A stretch of DNA of 26,359 nucleotides from a bacterium (lineage in GTDB: Bacteria; Patescibacteriota; Minisyncoccia; Phycocordibacterales; UBA2163): assembly GCA_018648925.1 (NCBI GenBank), contig JABGQE010000002.1, forward strand, positions 1 to 26,359, read 5' to 3'. Position 1 is the stretch's first letter, and each line of letters begins with the position of its first letter. The position numbers and the translations under genes were made by a program. This document shows positions 24,267-26,359 of the stretch, in pieces. The notes beneath the pieces are model-generated. The model saw only the letters and a program-made list of their open reading frames with translations. It searched no databases and was not told the DNA's origin.

Positions 24267-24293
24267 TAACAGCGAGGTTGAACCTCGCTGTTA
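24267..24293. repeat. 27-bp palindrome between convergent trxB and truB, with AGG-N5-CCT core
   Basis: TAACAGCGAGGTT-G-AACCTCGCTGTTA, overlapping the truB stop; no clear U tract. Confidence 0.8.
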
Positions 24294-25019
24294 GATTTTG
24301 ATGGAGTTTTTTATATCAAAATCCCCTACTTTTGTGCGAGTAAGTCCGAGGAGTACTCCTCCTAGAGAATGTGCTATAGAACGTATGTATGTCCCACTTG
24401 ACACATTGAATTTTACTTTTGCTACAAAATATTTATTTTCTTTATTCAAAACCTCTTGCCATTTATTTAAAATCTCTTCTTGTCTAAAATCCCCTTTTAC
24501 TAAGTTAATTTTTTCTGTAATTTTCTTGAGTAATTCTTCAGAACTTACCTCATAAGAATCCAAAACTTCAGTATCATGAATCTGTGTTGTTCGCTCTGGT
24601 ATTTCTATCTCGTCTAATTTCCCCTCCCTAGCCCACATAAAAAGAGGTTTACCATTTATCTTATATGAAGAATACGATGGAAGTGGTAATGAGATTTCGC
24701 CTTTTAAATTTCCTATCTCTCTTTTAGCACTTTCAAGCGTTTTCTTGAATACCTCAACCGGTTGAGGTATTCCCAAAATATCATACGTATCTGTCTCAAA
24801 TCCAAAAAGCATCTCTGCTTCATACTCTTTATCAAGCTTCATATATTCTTCTTTCTTATGTACTTCTTCTCCTGCAAGCAAAAGTAAGACTCCTTCTGCC
24901 AATGGATCTAACCGCCCAGCGTACGTTACTGACACACCTCTGTATTCAGGATTTTTCTCTTGCAAAAGCTTGATTACATCAAGCGGTGATATCCCTACTG
25001 GTTTGTAAACATTTATCAT
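24291..25019 (-). CDS. truB: TruB-family pseudouridine synthase, variant active-site motif, no PUA domain
   Basis: NVYKPVG, YAGRLDPLAEGVL (catalytic Asp), DKEYEA, GFETDTYD, PSYSSYKINGKPL and VSSGTYIRSI. Confidence 0.8.
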   Translation of the reverse strand: MINVYKPVGISPLDVIKLLQEKNPEYRGVSVTYAGRLDPLAEGVLLLLAGEEVHKKEEYMKLDKEYEAEMLFGFETDTYDILGIPQPVEVFKKTLESAKREIGNLKGEISLPLPSYSSYKINGKPLFMWAREGKLDEIEIPERTTQIHDTEVLDSYEVSSEELLKKITEKINLVKGDFRQEEILNKWQEVLNKENKYFVAKVKFNVSSGTYIRSIAHSLGGVLLGLTRTKVGDFDIKNSIKI

Positions 25020-26359
25020 ATAAATAATCTTGCTAAACGAAGTTCGTCAAATGTAAAGCTACTTCCTAAGATATTTCGCACAGGTGAAAGCTTTGTATCA
25101 CCAGACTTTGCAAACGCTTTCCTAATTTTTGCCATTCGCTCTTTTGGTATCGTCTTTTCTACATGACTAATATCAGGACACTCCCCTAGTTCACGCAACT
25201 TTTCTATATGTCCAACCACAGTACCTTTTGTCATTTCTCTTCTCTTTGCTATCTCATCTACAGTAAGTTCTTCAGCAAGCAGTAATCTTGTCCTCTCATA
25301 TGTAGAAAGTTTTTCCTCTTTTTCTTCGGCAGTTGGAGCTATTGAATTTAAAAACTCTTCTTGTTTCTTTTTATTATCTTTCAGATTTTTAAGGTCCATA
25401 ACTACCTTTTTTGACTCCACCAATAGCTCACCATCAAATTCTAAAATCTCATTGTTAACCCTAAGAGCTGTATCATTGAGACCCATTAATCTAAGTCCGG
25501 AGAGCGTCCTCACACGAGAAAGCGCCACATATCCCTGCCCTTCTACAAATGCCTTTGAGAGGTCCATTTCGGCTGCATCTAGGCTCATTCCTTGGCTTTT
25601 ATGTACTGTTATAGCCCATGCAAGACGAAGCGGTACTTGGCTTATTTCGGCCTTTGTCTTACCGTCTTCTTCTATTCGCCAGCTCTCAGGAAGCGCCAAA
25701 ATCTTCTCGCCATTTGTAATCTCTACTATTGGTAATTCTTGTTCATATTCCTCACTAAACTGAAAATCTATCACCTTACCAAGTGTTCCATTTACATAAC
25801 CTTTCTCAAAATTATTCTTAACAAACATTACTACTGCATTTTTTTTCAAGTACAAATACTCTGGGGCAAGACAACTTCGCTTCATAGTATCCTGAAGCCC
25901 ACGGGAACCATGGCTTTTCATTTCAAATATTTTATTATTCCCTGATAATTTATCAAGCTCTCTTGCATTGATATTATCAACATCCATATTGTGTGTATAA
26001 AGTTTTGTCGGCATAAGAACACCTTCAATATTCTTTTTATATCGGGCGCGTAGTGGTTCTAGAGTATGCTCTCCAGTATTGTTTGCACGAATATCGTTTA
26101 AAAGATTTAGAAGATTGTCATCTTCATGTCTGTGTTGTTCGTCCAAGTAGCACACCTTAAGCCCCATCGTATTCCAAATATTAGACTTATGTACGAAATG
26201 CGCTCGCTCACTTCCACGCGATATCGGTGGAAGCTGAAAGAAATCCCCTACTAGTATTACTTGCATCCCACCAAAAGGCTCTGAACTTTCTTTAAACATT
26301 TTGCAAACCTTGTCTACCATATCTAGACGAAAATGATGCAGCATTGACACCTCGTCTAT
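25016..26359 (-). CDS. Pif1/RecD-like SF1B helicase with C-terminal helix-turn-helix; 5' end lies beyond the right edge
   Basis: In-frame IDEVSML (Walker B) at the window edge, PFGGMQVILVGDFFQLPP, YVNGTLG, PLRLAWAITVHKSQGMSLD, GQGYVALSRV and TYERT...IAKRREMTKGTVVGHI HTH. Confidence 0.9.
   Translation of the reverse strand: MDEVSMLHHFRLDMVDKVCKMFKESSEPFGGMQVILVGDFFQLPPISRGSERAHFVHKSNIWNTMGLKVCYLDEQHRHEDDNLLNLLNDIRANNTGEHTLEPLRARYKKNIEGVLMPTKLYTHNMDVDNINARELDKLSGNNKIFEMKSHGSRGLQDTMKRSCLAPEYLYLKKNAVVMFVKNNFEKGYVNGTLGKVIDFQFSEEYEQELPIVEITNGEKILALPESWRIEEDGKTKAEISQVPLRLAWAITVHKSQGMSLDAAEMDLSKAFVEGQGYVALSRVRTLSGLRLMGLNDTALRVNNEILEFDGELLVESKKVVMDLKNLKDNKKKQEEFLNSIAPTAEEKEEKLSTYERTRLLLAEELTVDEIAKRREMTKGTVVGHIEKLRELGECPDISHVEKTIPKERMAKIRKAFAKSGDTKLSPVRNILGSSFTFDELRLARLFI

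Overview
AT-rich bacterial chromosomal window in standard genetic code 11. The gene content and style point to a Patescibacteria/CPR (Parcubacteria-like) genome: short IF2, VirB2-like pilin array, orphan solute-binding protein, HisRS-like paralogue, ftsA-ftsZ without ftsQ. This taxonomy is an inference. Core genes are iscS (partial), DUF4446, infB, rbfA, four tRNAs, gyrA, rpsA, pth, lepB, rpsU, ybeY, ftsA, ftsZ, trxB, truB-like and a Pif1-like helicase (partial). Accessory parts are a modular surface protein, a frameshifted lipoprotein, two small hypothetical islets with Shine-Dalgarno sites and near-consensus promoters, and four tandem pilins. The most striking element is a 1.48 kb unit (16041-17522) between rpsA and pth. 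It encodes a REP-associated tyrosine transposase (RAYT) and a tRNA-dependent cyclodipeptide synthase, punctuated by four TCCAAGG-N5-CCTTGGA palindromes. Two of these palindromes lie in frame inside the transposase gene (peptide QGKAL) and one supplies its putative -35 box. A related AGG-N5-CCT palindrome sits between trxB and truB, and an unrelated perfect 20-bp palindrome lies in frame within ftsA. All calls were made by eye from motifs; no database searches were run.
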